64,000 nucleotides of DNA from Spirochaetia bacterium (GTDB lineage Bacteria; Spirochaetota; Spirochaetia; SZUA-6; Bin103), in NCBI GenBank assembly GCA_965198005.1, contig CBDAOI010000004.1, positions 128,001-192,000 of the forward strand. Reading direction: 5' to 3'. The notes below the pieces were generated by a model. The model was given only the letters and a program-made list of their open reading frames with translations, was not told the origin of the DNA and did not search any database. Numbering within the stretch: the first letter of the stretch is position 1; every line of letters starts with the position of its first letter. Below are positions 51,099-63,308 of the stretch, in pieces. The translations under genes and the position numbers were made by a program.

Positions 51099-52100
51099 AT
51101 GCGAGCCTATATCATCAGGCGTTTATTGCTGATAATCCCCACCTTGTTCATATTGACCATCCTGGTCTTTCTCGCGGTCCGCTTCATCCCCGGCGATGTC
51201 GTAGACCTAATAATTAGTTTTATGTGGTGGGATGGGCAAGCAGAAATAGACCGTGAAGCTGTTGAGCGGATGCTGGGATTAGACGTGCCTGTCTACGTGC
51301 AGTACGTACGCTGGATAGGAGTGTTGCCGACCCCTGACTGGCTTACCGGTGAGTCCCGCTACAATGGTATCCTCCAGGGCACCCTTGGCGAGTCACTGAT
51401 GGGCGCTGGGGCGGTGGGGGAGAACATATTAGATAGACTGCCGGTAACCATTGAGCTTGGTGTCATGGCAATCGTAATCGGGCTCGTGATAGCCCTGCCA
51501 GTCGGCATCTACTCGGCGATACGCCAGGATACGGCTGCCGATTACACGGGGCGCGCCGCGGCCATCATCGGCCTGGCGGCGCCCAACTTCTGGCTGGCCC
51601 TCATGGTCATGATCTATCCTTCGATCTGGTGGGGCTGGGCGCCTCCGATGAGGTGGGTTCCCTTTGCCGAAGACCCGCTCGGCAATCTCAGGTTATTCAT
51701 CATTCCAAGCCTGATTCTGGGGACGGCCGGTGCCGCCGGCACCATGCGGCTGATGCGCACCACGATGCTCGAAGTGCTCAGGCAGGACTATGTCAGAACG
51801 GCGTGGGCCAAAGGTCTCAAAGAGCGGGCAGTCATCGTGAGACACGCCCTCAAAAATGCGCTCATACCGGTAATCACCCTGATAGGCTTGCAGCTGCCAA
51901 TCTTGGTGGGTGGATCGGTCATCATAGAGAACATATTCAACCTCCCCGGGTTGGGTCGTCTCTTTCTCGATGCACTCAATGGCAGAGACTACCTGATGGT
52001 CTCAGGAGTAAACCTGGTGTTCGGCGTCGCGGTCTTGGGGAGTAATCTGATGATCGACCTGATTTATCCCTATCTGGACCCCAGAGTCCGGTATCAATAG
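51099..52100 (+). CDS. DppB/OppB-family permease
   Basis: MRAYIIRR...LDPRVRYQ; RBS gaggtg. Confidence 0.93.
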   Translation: MRAYIIRRLLLIIPTLFILTILVFLAVRFIPGDVVDLIISFMWWDGQAEIDREAVERMLGLDVPVYVQYVRWIGVLPTPDWLTGESRYNGILQGTLGESLMGAGAVGENILDRLPVTIELGVMAIVIGLVIALPVGIYSAIRQDTAADYTGRAAAIIGLAAPNFWLALMVMIYPSIWWGWAPPMRWVPFAEDPLGNLRLFIIPSLILGTAGAAGTMRLMRTTMLEVLRQDYVRTAWAKGLKERAVIVRHALKNALIPVITLIGLQLPILVGGSVIIENIFNLPGLGRLFLDALNGRDYLMVSGVNLVFGVAVLGSNLMIDLIYPYLDPRVRYQ

Positions 52101-52112
52101 AGCGAGTAGATC

Positions 52113-53021
52113 GTGGAAATGAGTAAGGATCGAGGGCCTATTCGGCGGGCTGATTCCTTCGTAAGGCTGGTCAAGGGGAAACCGTTAGGCACCATCAGCG
52201 CGTTGATCATATTGATATTGATTCTCGTGGCCATTCTTGCCGATGTCTTGGCACCCTATCCATATGACGAAATACACCTGATCGACAGGCTTCAGGGCCC
52301 ATCGGCGCAGTATCTCCTGGGCACCGATCAGGCGGGGCGAGACCTCTTGAGCCGCCTCATCTTCGGGGCGCGCGTTTCGCTGCTCGTCGGTTTGGCAGTG
52401 ACCACTCTCAGCGTTGTCATCAGCACCGTGATAGGCGGCACGGCCGGTTTCCTGGGTGGCAGATTTGATATTGTACTGCAGAGATTTGTCGATGCGTGGA
52501 TGGCGTTCCCGGGACTGCTCCTGTTGTTGACGATGATGTCCATCGTGGGGCGGGGTGTGCCGCAGATAATAGTGGTCCTGGGGATAGCCGGAGGCATCGG
52601 CGGCAGTCGAGTGATCAGAGGCGCCGTAATCGGCATCAAAGAGAATGTGTATTTTCAGGCGGCCGACGCCGTTGGCTCCTCGAGATTGCGCACATTCATG
52701 CGACATGTGGTGCCGAATGTCCTGCCTATCGTGATCATAACGTTCAGCGTGAGCATAGGCGGCGTAATCCTGGCTTTGGCTTCTCTGGGCTTCCTCGGAT
52801 TTGGTCTGCCTCCTGGGATTCCTGATTGGGGAGGTCAGCTCAGCCGGGACGGACGCCAGTATATGGAGATAGCGCCGCGGCTGGCGTTCTGGCCCGGTCT
52901 GTGCCTGACTATCACCGTTTTCAGTCTCAACATGTTCGGCGACGCCGTGCGGGACCTGCTCGACCCGCGGCTGAGGGGCGGTGGGGGTCGTCTCGCTGGC
53001 AGCGGCGCCACGTCGGTTTGA
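52113..53021 (+). CDS. DppC/OppC-family permease
   Basis: GTDQAGRD, RHVVPN, GDAVRDLLDPR. Confidence 0.92.
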   Translation: MEMSKDRGPIRRADSFVRLVKGKPLGTISALIILILILVAILADVLAPYPYDEIHLIDRLQGPSAQYLLGTDQAGRDLLSRLIFGARVSLLVGLAVTTLSVVISTVIGGTAGFLGGRFDIVLQRFVDAWMAFPGLLLLLTMMSIVGRGVPQIIVVLGIAGGIGGSRVIRGAVIGIKENVYFQAADAVGSSRLRTFMRHVVPNVLPIVIITFSVSIGGVILALASLGFLGFGLPPGIPDWGGQLSRDGRQYMEIAPRLAFWPGLCLTITVFSLNMFGDAVRDLLDPRLRGGGGRLAGSGATSV

Positions 53022-53099
53022 GAGAGTGCGCGTGCGCTCCGCCCCCGCGGTGTCACGGCGGATGAACGGTGACTTGGCTATTCCGGAGGCGCGCCCGGA

Positions 53100-53460
53100 A
53101 CGCGGCCGACCGCGACGTCCTGAGCCGCCTGCTGTACGGGGCGCGGGTGTCGCTCGGCGTGGGTTTATCGCCACCACCTTGAGCATCGTGGTGTCGTCGA
53201 CGCCTGGATGTCGTTCCCGGGGTTCGTGGGCGGCAAGCTCGACCTGGCGGTGCAGCGCTCGATGATCTGCGGCACGCCCTGGCCGATGATGGTAACTCGC
53301 GCGTGGCACGCGGCGCGGTGATCGGCATCAAGGGCAACCCCTACTTCGAGGCGGCGCACGCCATTGGCAGCCCCTCGTGGCGGACGCTGCTGCGCCACGA
53401 GGGGCCCAACATCACGGCGCCGATCATCATCATCTACTCGATCACGATCGGTGGGGTGGC
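53100..53460 (+). pseudogene. Scrambled dppC remnant
   Basis: RDVLSRLLYGARVSL, GKLDLAVQR and RGAVIGIKGNPYFEAA pieces, partly out of order. Confidence 0.7.
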
Positions 53461-53846
53461 TGATCCCGGTGGTGACGCAGCCGGTCGCGTGCCAGACGTG
53501 CCCGCGGGCGGGATGGAAACTTTGTTGTCGGACGTGATCGGAATCCGTAGACTGCGTCTGATGGCGAGCGATCTCAACGGCGAGTTGCGCGGGTTCGTCG
53601 AACGGTGGCGTATTGCCGGTGCCCCGGTGGCGCCCGGCCCGGTGACCTAGCGGTGACCTCCGCGTCGTCCGCGTCGTTGACAATTTCAGCCCGCGTGCGA
53701 CGGTGCAGAAGCGCCACGACGACCGCGTTCGTTGACGATGTGGAACAGGACGTTGGCGGGATCCGGTCCGTAGGATAGATAGCCGACTTTGGGTCAGGTA
53801 CGCAGTGTGCTTGTCATACGTACGTAACAGAGGTACCCTCGTTGCC

Positions 53847-54089
53847 ATGGACTCTATCAGCGCAACCAAACTCCGGCAGAACCTCTACAACATTCTCGAC
53901 TCGGTGGTAGACACGGGCGTCCCGGTGGAGATCGAACGCAACGGCCGGCTGCTCCGAATCGTCGCCGAGGAGCGGGGAACGAAGTGGGATCGGCTGACCG
54001 CGCATCAGGTCGTGGTCGGTGATCCCGACGACCTTGTGCATATCGACTGGTCCAGCGAGTGGCACGGCGACCGCGACAATGTACGTTGA
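53847..54089 (+). CDS. Phd/YefM-family antitoxin
   Basis: ISATKLRQNLYNILDSV..TGVPVEIERNGR. Confidence 0.85.
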   Translation: MDSISATKLRQNLYNILDSVVDTGVPVEIERNGRLLRIVAEERGTKWDRLTAHQVVVGDPDDLVHIDWSSEWHGDRDNVR

Positions 54090-54450
54090 TACTCATGTGG
54101 TCGTCTGGCTCTACGAGAAAGACGAGGAACGCGTGTCGCCGCTGGCGCGGGAGCTGATCGAGAGCCACGATCTTCTGGTGTCGCCGATGGTGCTGCTGGA
54201 ATTGGAGTACCTCTTCGAGATCGGCAAGACCACGACCAAGGCGGCCGAGGTCTTTGATTACCTGCGCGAGACGATCCAGATCGAGGTGTGCAGTAAGCCC
54301 TTCGCGGCGGTGGTAAAGAAGTCGATCGGCATGAAGTGGACCCGCGACCCATTCGACAGACTCATCACCGCGCATGCGGCTATTGACGAGTCACCACTGC
54401 TGACGAAAGACGACACGATCCACACCTACTATCCCGACGCTGTCTGGTAG
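54079..54450 (+). CDS. vapC: PIN-domain (VapC) toxin
   Basis: YVDTHVVVW, LLELEYL, RDPFDRLI, LLTKD. Confidence 0.9.
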   Translation: MYVDTHVVVWLYEKDEERVSPLARELIESHDLLVSPMVLLELEYLFEIGKTTTKAAEVFDYLRETIQIEVCSKPFAAVVKKSIGMKWTRDPFDRLITAHAAIDESPLLTKDDTIHTYYPDAVW

Positions 54451-55282
54451 GTCTGGTAGGCAGCGGCTGCGCGGCGTGGCGGGAACCCACAGCCGATCAA
54501 CAACCCACGGCGCCGCAAAGCGCCCGACATGCGTCCGCCAAGCGAGGCGCGTCGACCTGCGCGACCCGGCGACGGAGCGCCTCCCGCCGGACCACCTACA
54601 CCAGTCTGTTGTACGAGTTGTACGAGAAGCTTATCGACGATAGCGTGCTGCGCATGGCAAGCTGCCGCCGCTGCCGATCGTCATCTGCAACGGGGGCAAG
54701 CGCTGGACGGCGGCCGAGGACGTGGCGGCGATGATCGCTAGCGGCGGCGAGCGCTGGCGCCGCATCAGCCGTCGCTGCGCTATCCGGCAGCCCCGGCAGC
54801 CCCGGGCCGGCAGCCGAGAGCGCTTGCCACATCTCTCGCGCTGGTCTATGCTCGCACGTGTATGGGTGGACCTTATGAGCCAGTCCAGCGGCCGGCTAGC
54901 GCTGGCGCGGCGAGTTAGCCGACAGCCGGCCGGAGACGGCCGGAGTCCTCGTATTCAGGGACCGCATTCGGACGTTAGCGCCAGCGGTGCGTCCTACCCC
55001 CCCCCTGGCGCGTGACCGAGTATCCAAGCACCCGGTAACACCTGAGCGCTCGTCGAGCCGCATCTATCACCCGTTCGCCATCAGCGCCGCTGACGACTTG
55101 GCGGCGCCCTTCGACATCCACACCCATCGCACCACGCTCGCGCAAGGCGGCGTTCGCGTCGCCGTCCGCTCCCAGCCGTCGGCTGCCCATCAGCACTATC
55201 TGAAACAGCCGGAATATCCGGCCCAAGAAAAACACGGGTACCGGGACCCAGTCCCGATCCCGAAAACGAGGAGGAGTACGTT

Positions 55283-56815
55283 ATGACTCCACGACTCATG
55301 TTGCTGCCGCTGGCGCTCGCGCTGGTGGCTACCGTTACGTTCGCCAGCGGCGAGAGCGACCAGCCGGCTGCCGCGGCCGAGAAGGAAATGGTGCGCGACC
55401 CGAGCACCGGCGAGATGGTCACCGTGCCCGAGTATGGCGGCACGATCAGAGCGATCGTGAACTTGAAGCTCGAGGGTCTCGACCCCTACTGGGCATTTAA
55501 TACGGGATACTTTATCGGGCTGGTCAACGAGAAGCTGGGCATCCCGGACTGGGCGATCGACCGGAGCAAGGTGGGCTATTCCACGATGTACATGCCCGGC
55601 GAGGCCCTCACCGGACAACTGGCCGAGAGCTGGGAGAACCCGGATCCGCTCACCTACGTGTTCAAGATCCGCGACGGCGTGGTTTGGCACGACAAGGCGC
55701 CGGTGAACGGCCGGCAGCTGACCGCGCACGATGTCGCCTACAGCTTCGACCGGCTCCTTGGTTTGAGCGGCGGCGAGAGGCGCCCCCACGTCAATACCAC
55801 TGCTATTGGCAGGCTCTCGTGGGAGTCGATTACCGCAACCGACGAATTCACCGTGGAATTCAAGTTGCAGGAGCCCAGTCTCGACGCCCTGGACGCCATC
55901 CTCAAGGGACCACACATGATGGTGATCGCCCGCGAGGTGGTCGAGCAATTTGGAGACATTCAAGACTGGCGCAACGTGACCGGAACGGGGCCCTATCAGC
56001 TGACCGATGTGGTTCAGGGCAGCTCCTGGACCTACACCAAGAATGGGGATTACTGGGGCACCGACCCGAAATTTCCCGAATACCGCTTGCCTTATGCGGA
56101 CACGGTGGAGTACGTGATGGTCAACGACCCCGCGGCCACACTGTCCTTGATGCGCTCGGGGCAGGCGGATTTTATGGGCGTCGCTTTGTTTTCACATCTC
56201 ACCAGTGTCGACCAGGCGGTCAATCTGCAGAAGACCAACCCCGACCTGGAGCTACACCCGTGGTCCTTTCGCGCGGAAACGGCGATCGGTTTCATCCCCA
56301 AGGGGCCCTTCAGCGATATCCGCGTGCGCCAGGCCCTGAGCTTGGCCATCGACCAGGAGGCCATCGCGGAGAACTACATGCAGGGTTGGGGCGATGCGAG
56401 CCCTTCCGGGCCGATCGGCCCAGCGGTGCTGGGGTACTTCATGCCGTACGAGGAGTGGCCCGATGGGGTCAAGCAGTACTATCGGTATGATCCCGAGGCG
56501 GCCGAAAAGCTGCTGGATGAGGCCGGCTACCCGCGGGGCGCGGACGGCGTTCGCTTTAAGACCATCTATGAGCACTACGAGTTCTTCGACCTCGGCTACT
56601 ACCAGATCGCCATGGATTACCTCAGGCAGATCGGCATCGACGTCGAGACCCAAATCGTTACTCGCGCGGAATATATCGACAAGGCCGTGAATCATACCTC
56701 CCTTGGCCTGCGCTCGGATGTATGGGCCATGGAGAACGGTGCCGTGGCGCCGCTTGACACATATTCTTTCAGTATCTCTGGATCGACCAGGATCTGAAGC
56801 GGGAGCTTGGCGGCT
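55283..56815 (+). pseudogene. Solute-binding protein with a deletion/frameshift near the C-terminus
   Basis: Normal up to ~56770, then jumps to the terminal LWIDQDLK motif out of frame. Confidence 0.85.
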
Positions 56816-57000
56816 GAGCCAACGGCGCTTCGCGCGGCTGCTCTGAATCGACGCGGGGCCCGCCTCCGGGCGGGCTCCGTTAGCAACAGCGAAGCTGTCG
56901 CGCCTTCGGGCGAGCGAGAGCTGCAGGCGGTTGCCCTCCAGCTCTCTCATTCTGACTTGGAGCAACATCGAGACATGACCTTTCCGCCATTTCCGCCGAC

Positions 57001-57982
57001 ATGAGAGCGTACGTCATCCGGCGCGTCCTGCTGCTGATCCCGACCGTCTTCTTGCTGACGATTCTGGTGTTCCTCTCGGTGCGGTTCATACCGGGCGATG
57101 CCGTCGACCTCCTCATCTTTAGGATGACGAGAGCATCGGGCGGTATGGGCACCTTCGACCGGGCGGAGCTCGAGCGCCGGCTGGGGCTGGATGTGCCGGT
57201 CCACGTGCAGTACGGCCGCTGGATGGGCGGCATCCTGCTGCACGGCAACCTGGGCACGCCGCTGCTGCGGCCCGAGCCGGTCGGCCAGCTGATCGCCGGC
57301 AGGCTGCCGACCACCATGGAGCTGGGCCTGGTGGCGCTGTTCGTGGGGGTGCTGATCGGGGTGCCGATCGGCATCTACTCGGCGGTGCGGCAGGACACCC
57401 TGGGCGACTACGTGGGTCGTTCCTTCGCCATCCTCGGGCTGGCCACCCCCAACTTCTGGCTCGCCACCATCATCCTGGTCGTTCCGGCGATCTGGTGGGG
57501 TTGGTCGCCGCCGCTACGCTTGGTGCGCCTGAGCGACGACCCGGTACGCCACTTCGCCATCTTCATCGTGCCGGGTCTGATCCTCGGCACCTATCTGGCG
57601 GCCAGTATCATGCGCATGACCCGCACCATGATGCTGGAGGTGCTCCGGCAGGACTACATTCGCACTGCCTGGGCCAAGGGCCTGCGCGAGCGCGTGGTCA
57701 TTCTCCGCCACGTCATCCGGACGTGCCGAGCTGGGGCACGATGCTGAGCCGCGAGGGGCGGCAGTACATGGAGATGGCGCCGCGGCTGGCGATGTGTGGC
57801 CGGGTGTCGCCCTGACCATCGTCGTCTACTGCCTGAACATGGTGGGCGACGCGCTGCGCGACCTGCTGGACCCGCGGCTGCGCGGCGGCGGCGGGGTGGC
57901 CGGCGGGGTAGGCGCCCGCGCCGCCGAGCGCGCCACGAAGGCCCTGCAGAAGCTGGAACGCAAAGAACGGCCGTCCAACTAG
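57001..57982 (+). pseudogene. 3'-truncated dppB fused to the dppC 3' end
   Basis: DppB up to ILRHV, then PSWGTMLSREGR...GDALRDLLDPR. Confidence 0.85.
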
Positions 57983-58040
57983 GCACGACATTCCGTTCGT
58001 GTGGATTTTGCTTGACGCAATGCGAGGTCTGTGGCCAGAT

Positions 58041-58379
58041 TTAGAGCGCGAGCACGAGCCGGAGCCCGGCCTCTACTTCGGCCAGGTTTCGTGGCGCGAG
58101 AGTTCCCGCCTGTTCCACCAGTCGTGCGCGATCGATGCAGGTCAATTGGGACACGACGACCACTGAGTCTCTGGGCAACAGCGTCTCGGCCGCGTCCAGG
58201 TACGCGTTGCCGGGTGCGTCAGCCAGCCTTGGATTGGTGGTGAACGGCACGCACAGCACGGAACCGATGCGGCTGCGATTGAAACTGTCGGCCTGAACGA
58301 TCAGGAGCGGACGCCGAAAGCCCGGTTCACTGCCGAAAGGGACGCCGAGCTCCGCCCACCAGATCTCACCACGAGTCAT
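58041..58379 (-). CDS. mazF: MazF/PemK-family endoribonuclease toxin
   Basis: RGEIWWAELG..GSEPGFRRPLLIVQ...LPRDSVVVVSQL. Confidence 0.92.
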   Translation of the reverse strand: MTRGEIWWAELGVPFGSEPGFRRPLLIVQADSFNRSRIGSVLCVPFTTNPRLADAPGNAYLDAAETLLPRDSVVVVSQLTCIDRARLVEQAGTLAPRNLAEVEAGLRLVLAL

Positions 58380-58614
58380 CGCGGGTCAGGTTTCGGAGAC
58401 TCTCCAGCCCCGCGTCCATGGCGTGCTGCGATTGCCGGGCTGGTAGATCGCCGTACACGGCGTTGAGGCGTTCGGTCACTGCCTGCTGGCGGTGGTTGAC
58501 GAGGAACTGCTCGAGCGCGATGGCGAACAGCCGACTGCGCGGAATCCCCAATTCACCGGCTACCTCATCTGCCTTTCTGAACAGGTGTTCCGGCAGCGAT
58601 ACGGCCGTCTTCAT
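58366..58614 (-). CDS. Cognate antitoxin (ChpI/MazE-like ribbon-helix-helix)
   Basis: MKTAVSLPEHLF...RSRLFAIAL...TERLNAVYG; overlaps the mazF start. Confidence 0.85.
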   Translation of the reverse strand: MKTAVSLPEHLFRKADEVAGELGIPRSRLFAIALEQFLVNHRQQAVTERLNAVYGDLPARQSQHAMDAGLESLRNLTRDDSW

Positions 58615-58867
58615 GGGGGCGAGTATAACCAAGGTATGACTCCTGGTCAACAGGCAGGCAGCGGCCGGGGGAGCGGCGGGGCAGGTGCGCGCAGTCGGGC
58701 GGTCCCTACGGAGAGGTGAGCGCGTGGCCACGACAGCCACCCCACGTGCAGCGAAGCGTCAGGTCGTCTGCCGCCACCGGTGCTGATCGTAGCGACGATA
58801 GAGCTCCGCCAGGGTCTCCGTCGCCAGGGACACCTACTACCGCCACCCGCCCGCCCGCGTAGCTGGC

Positions 58868-59302
58868 CTCGTGGTGGAGAAGCTCGGCATCGGTGACTGG
58901 GGCGTCGATCGCGACAGATTCGACTTCCGCACCACCTATCTGCCCGACGACATCATCGTCGGCCGCCTGGCCGAGCGCTGGGAGCAACCCGACCCGACCA
59001 CTATCGTGTTTCACACTGGTCGCCGAGGGCTACAATTACCGGTCCGAGACCTCGCCCGTCATCAACATGAGCAGGCCGCCGTTCGACGACGTCCGTGTAC
59101 GCCACGCCCTGCAGATGGCAATCGATGTCGAGGGCGCGGGTGGCACCTATTTCAAGGGCTATGCAGTCACTCAGCCGCAGGGCTGGATGGGCCGTGGGTG
59201 AAGGGCTACAACGGCGAGGCCGACCCCGGCGACATGGACCGAATGGTGATCTACTCGCGCATCTGGATCGATCAGGATCTGAAGCGCGAGATGGGATACT
59301 GA
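58868..59302 (+). pseudogene. Heavily deleted solute-binding protein remnant
   Basis: EKLGIGDW, LAERWEQPD, PPFDDVRVR, PWVKGYNGE, RIWIDQDLK compressed into ~430 bp. Confidence 0.85.
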
Positions 59303-59406
59303 GCAGCGCTTCGCCTTTGGCGTTCCCGTGCAGCAGCGGTCAGGGCGGCTGCCGAGCAATGCTGATGTGGGGTGGCGGGTGATCCCGTCATCCCATTTTT
59401 CTTGAG

Positions 59407-60371
59407 ATGAGAGCGTATTTGATTCGGCGTCTGCTGCTGACCATTCCGACGCTCACCATCCTGTCGATGCTGGTCTTCCTGTCGGTCCGTTTCATACCCG
59501 GCGACATCGTCGACGTACTGATGCAGGAGATGATGCTCAGCGGTGCCATCCAGGACGTGGATCGCGAGGCGGTCGAGCGCAGGCTGGGGCTCGATCAGCC
59601 CATCCACGTCCAGTATGGGCGCTGGGTGGGCGACATCCTGCTGCGCGGCAGTCTGGGGCGATCCCTGCTGCACAACTGGGAAGTGGGCGAGCGGATTCTC
59701 GGACGCATGCCGGTGACCTTCGAACTGGGGTTGCTCGCCATCGTCATCGGCCTGGTTATCGCCATGCCGGTGGGCATCTTCTCCGCGATTCGGCAGGACC
59801 GCGTCGGCGACTACGTCGGACGTTCGGTCGCTATCATCGGCCTGGCGACGCCCAACTTCTGGCTGGGCGTGATGGTGATGATCTACCCGGCGATCTGGTG
59901 GGGCTGGACGCCGCCGCTCAAGCTGGTCCCCTTCTTCGAGGACCCGCTGCGGAATCTGGGGGGCTTCCTCATCCCCGCCCTCATTCTGGGCACGGCCGGC
60001 GCCGCGGCCATCATGCGCATGACCCGCACCATGATGCTGGAAGTGCTCAGGCAGGACTCTACATCCGCACCGCGTGGTCGAAGGGAGTACGCGAGCGCGT
60101 CGTGGTGGTGAGGCACGCCCTCAAGAACGCACTGATCCCCGTCGTTACGTTGGTTGGTCTGCAGCTGCCGATTCTCGTCGGTGGCGCGGTCATCATGGAG
60201 AACATCTTCAACCTGCCCGGGCTCGGCCGGCTGATGCTGCTCGCTCTGCAAGATCGTGATTACACGGTGGTGTCGGGAGTGAATCTGCTGTTCGGGACGG
60301 TGGTCCTGTTGAACAACCTGTTCATCGACATGGTCTACGGCTTGCTGGACCCGAGGATACGGTACCGGTAA
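59407..60371 (+). pseudogene. DppB-family permease, frameshifted near 60058
   Basis: ORFs 59407..60111 and 59898..60371; caggactctacatc shows a 2-nt insertion. Confidence 0.88.
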
Positions 60372-60386
60372 TGGCGGGACGGCGCA

Positions 60387-61166
60387 CCGGCTTGTCGATG
60401 TTGACCCGCCGTACCGGGGTCGCTCGGTACGCTCCTGTGTGTACTCGCCGGTGCAGGTCGTGCAAACGCACTTCCAACCCCGTCTCGTACTCCCGCCACG
60501 TCATCCCGTCCACCCCCGGGGCCGCTTCACGCTTCAGCGCGTAATAGGCCACCCGCAGCGCTTCCGGCGTCACGTGGTGCAGCAGCGCAGTGAGTTTCTC
60601 CTGCGGTTCTCTCTTTACGAATTGCCGTGTCCGCTCGGCCGCCTGTGTCACGGTTGCCCGACTCTGCGTCCGGCCCGTGCTTTGGCCTTGCGAATTCCCG
60701 TTGGTCATGGGCCTTCGCTCCACCGTCTCCGCAGTCGCTTGCGCTCCCTTGTTCGCCGGCTTCGCCGCTACTATGCCCATGTCCGACTCCTTCGGGTCGT
60801 TCATCTTCGGTCCAGCCTCACGCCTTCCCTCCGCGGTCCCGGCGACGACTCGCCGGGACGACCCGAAGACCTCCCAGGTCCCGGTATATGACGTACGTAC
60901 GTGCCTGAGTTCTTCGACGCCGTGGAGCCCGGTCGATCCTCACCATACTGGCTCGACCGGTGTTGCCTTCGACCGAGTACAGAATCTCGGCACTCCAGAT
61001 GTCGTATTTTGCGGCGCTCCATAACTCTGCCCGCACGCACCGCTGCCGACGCTTCGCCTGCACCCTCGCAGGTGCCAACGCACGGCTCGCGGAGAAACGT
61101 GGATTGGCTGCTCCTTCGTTCCAAGGGACTTTCACCCTCTGTCATATGCCAGTTAGCCTGGCGCTC
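60387..61166 (-). mobile_element. Group II intron copy 4, inverted and 3'-truncated (5' 780 nt)
   Basis: Reverse complement of 40022-~40801; RT ends after NIDKP. Confidence 0.92.
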
Positions 61167-61380
61167 GTACCCCAGGGCTACCCCCGAGGGGCTGGAAGGC
61201 CCTCAGGGGGCCGCTATGAGGCCGCGAGCGGTCCGTTGCCGGCCAATCGGCGGTGAATGCCGGCCCTGAACGGGTCCGAGTGCCGAGATCGTCGCCGCGG
61301 CGGCGCTCGTGCTGCCGCTTCTGTCCGAGCAGCCTCGAACTCAACCGGCGAGCGGCTCGCGGTTGCACCTCCGGAGCGCC

Positions 61381-61967
61381 GCGACGGCCAAGCCGGAGGG
61401 TCACACCAGCCTGTACCAGGATATCGACGGGCTGCGCCGCGGTCGGCTGCTGGACCACCGCTGCACCATCGACGCGACCGGGGACCGGCATGAATACGAG
61501 TGGGTTACCGGGGTGCCGCTGAACAGCAAGCCCCGCAGTCCCCAGATCAACTTCGTGCACTACCGCATCGTACGGGCCGGCACGACCACCTATCAAAACG
61601 CCTGGGTGACCGACTTGGTGCCCACCGCTGGCAGCGTCGCGCGGATCGTGCGTGCGGGACGAGCACGCTGGAAGATCGAGAACGAGGGGTCGATACGCTG
61701 AAGAACCAGGGCTATCACCTGGAGCACAACTTCGGCCACGGTGACAAGTACTTGTCGGAGGCGTTCTTCGTGCCGGGCCTGCTGGCCTGTTTCATGCACC
61801 GGATATTCGAGCTGGTGGACGGTCTGTATCAGCAGGTGCGGGCTGGGTTCGGGTCGCGCCGGGAGTTCTGGGGCGCGATTCGCGCCACGTTCCGGCTATT
61901 CCTGTTCCGGTCGTGGGACCAGGTGCTGGTGCGGATGAATTCGCCGCCGCAGCCGCTGTCCGGGTAG
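61381..61967 (+). pseudogene. Second copy of the ISNCY-like transposase fragment
   Basis: Part of the 1.5-kb duplication. Confidence 0.75.
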
Positions 61968-63116
61968 CCGCTCCCTGGGGAACTGAACCTGCTCCCTGAA
62001 CGATCCCTGACTGGGGCTGCGGCGCAGGTGTGCCGGCCGCGCGCGGGCAACCGGCCCCGAAGGGCCGATCGCCGCACCGCGCCAGCCCGCGGCATCGGCC
62101 GAGCGGCGGTGGCTGACGGTGGTCAGGTCATCGCACGGGGCTGCATGACGGTGGCTAAATACGTCACCTGCAATCAGTTACAGAATTTCTCCCGGGTCGG
62201 GCCGTGGGTGCATTCACTCGGTGGGCCAACAGGTGGGCATGGTCGCGTTTCACACTCGGAGGGCTTGAGCTTATGACAGGGCTTGCGATCTCGCCCTCGA
62301 AACTTTTCTGTAACCTTTCGGCGCCCAATGTTGCCATATCTGTTTACGATGCACCTCTGCCCCCCGTTCTCCGAGAATCGCTGTCGCGCCGTGCGGGTGC
62401 TTGCCTCCCACGGGAAGAATGGGTATATTGAAGTCGTGTATTCACTCGGTGGGCCAACAGGTGGGCATGGTCGCGTTTCACACTCGGAGGGCTTGAGCTT
62501 ATGACCCTCTGCCCCTCTACCAGCGGTTCCCCGAGAATCGCTGCTGTTTGCCTGTTGACTTGTTTGCCGCAGGGGTGCCATACTAAAAGCCTCGGGTTTG
62601 AACGGATGCAGAAGATGGGTGATAACACTACTCAGCACTGCCACCGGTTAGCGGCAACGCAGCCGGCGCGTCCTATCCTCGCCTACCCCCCCCGACGGGA
62701 GCTCCAAGAATTCGTTTCGCGGGGGTTGAAAAATGGTGAGGAGTCCCCCCCCCCCCCCCCCCCCGCAGCTTTTTCGGACCGATAAGCAACTAACCGCTCC
62801 GGCTGCTCGCCCTTTACGCGACCCCGCGCGCGCCGTCGCCTTCACCACCGCAGTAGCTCGCACTGTCGGTCGCGCCGGCTCGGTCCCGCGCCGAACCGAC
62901 CTGCGGGCCGCCCGCGCCCTTCCCGGCGACCGCAACCGTCCCGGCTTCCCGCCCGCGACTCCCCCGGTCGGCGTCTGCATGATCGGGCGCCCACGCGCTG
63001 CACGCGCTGTGCGCTGCGCACCCCAGCTTACGACTATTTCCGGCCCGAGACAGGCGGCCTGCATCAGGCATCTGACAGGGCCGCCTGTGGCCCAAGATCG
63101 CAAGATCAAGCTAACC

Positions 63117-63283
63117 AGGAGGTGCACATGATACTCAAGGAACCTTAGGCGCGCGCGGCGTGAGCCGGGGCGAACCCGCTGAGTCACACGCCGCGCGCTT
63201 TTGGTGAATCCGACTCGAACTGGCAGCCTGTGTTGCGGGCCCGAGAGTAGCCAGGGAGCGGCAATCCGCTGCGCAATACTCTC
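63117..63283 (+). promoter_or_regulatory. Leader class I, copy C: RBS, MILKEP short ORF (63128..63148) and structured RNA
   Basis: Homologous to copies A and B. Confidence 0.72.
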
Positions 63284-63308
63284 GAAAAATCTACATACGG
63301 AGAAACGT

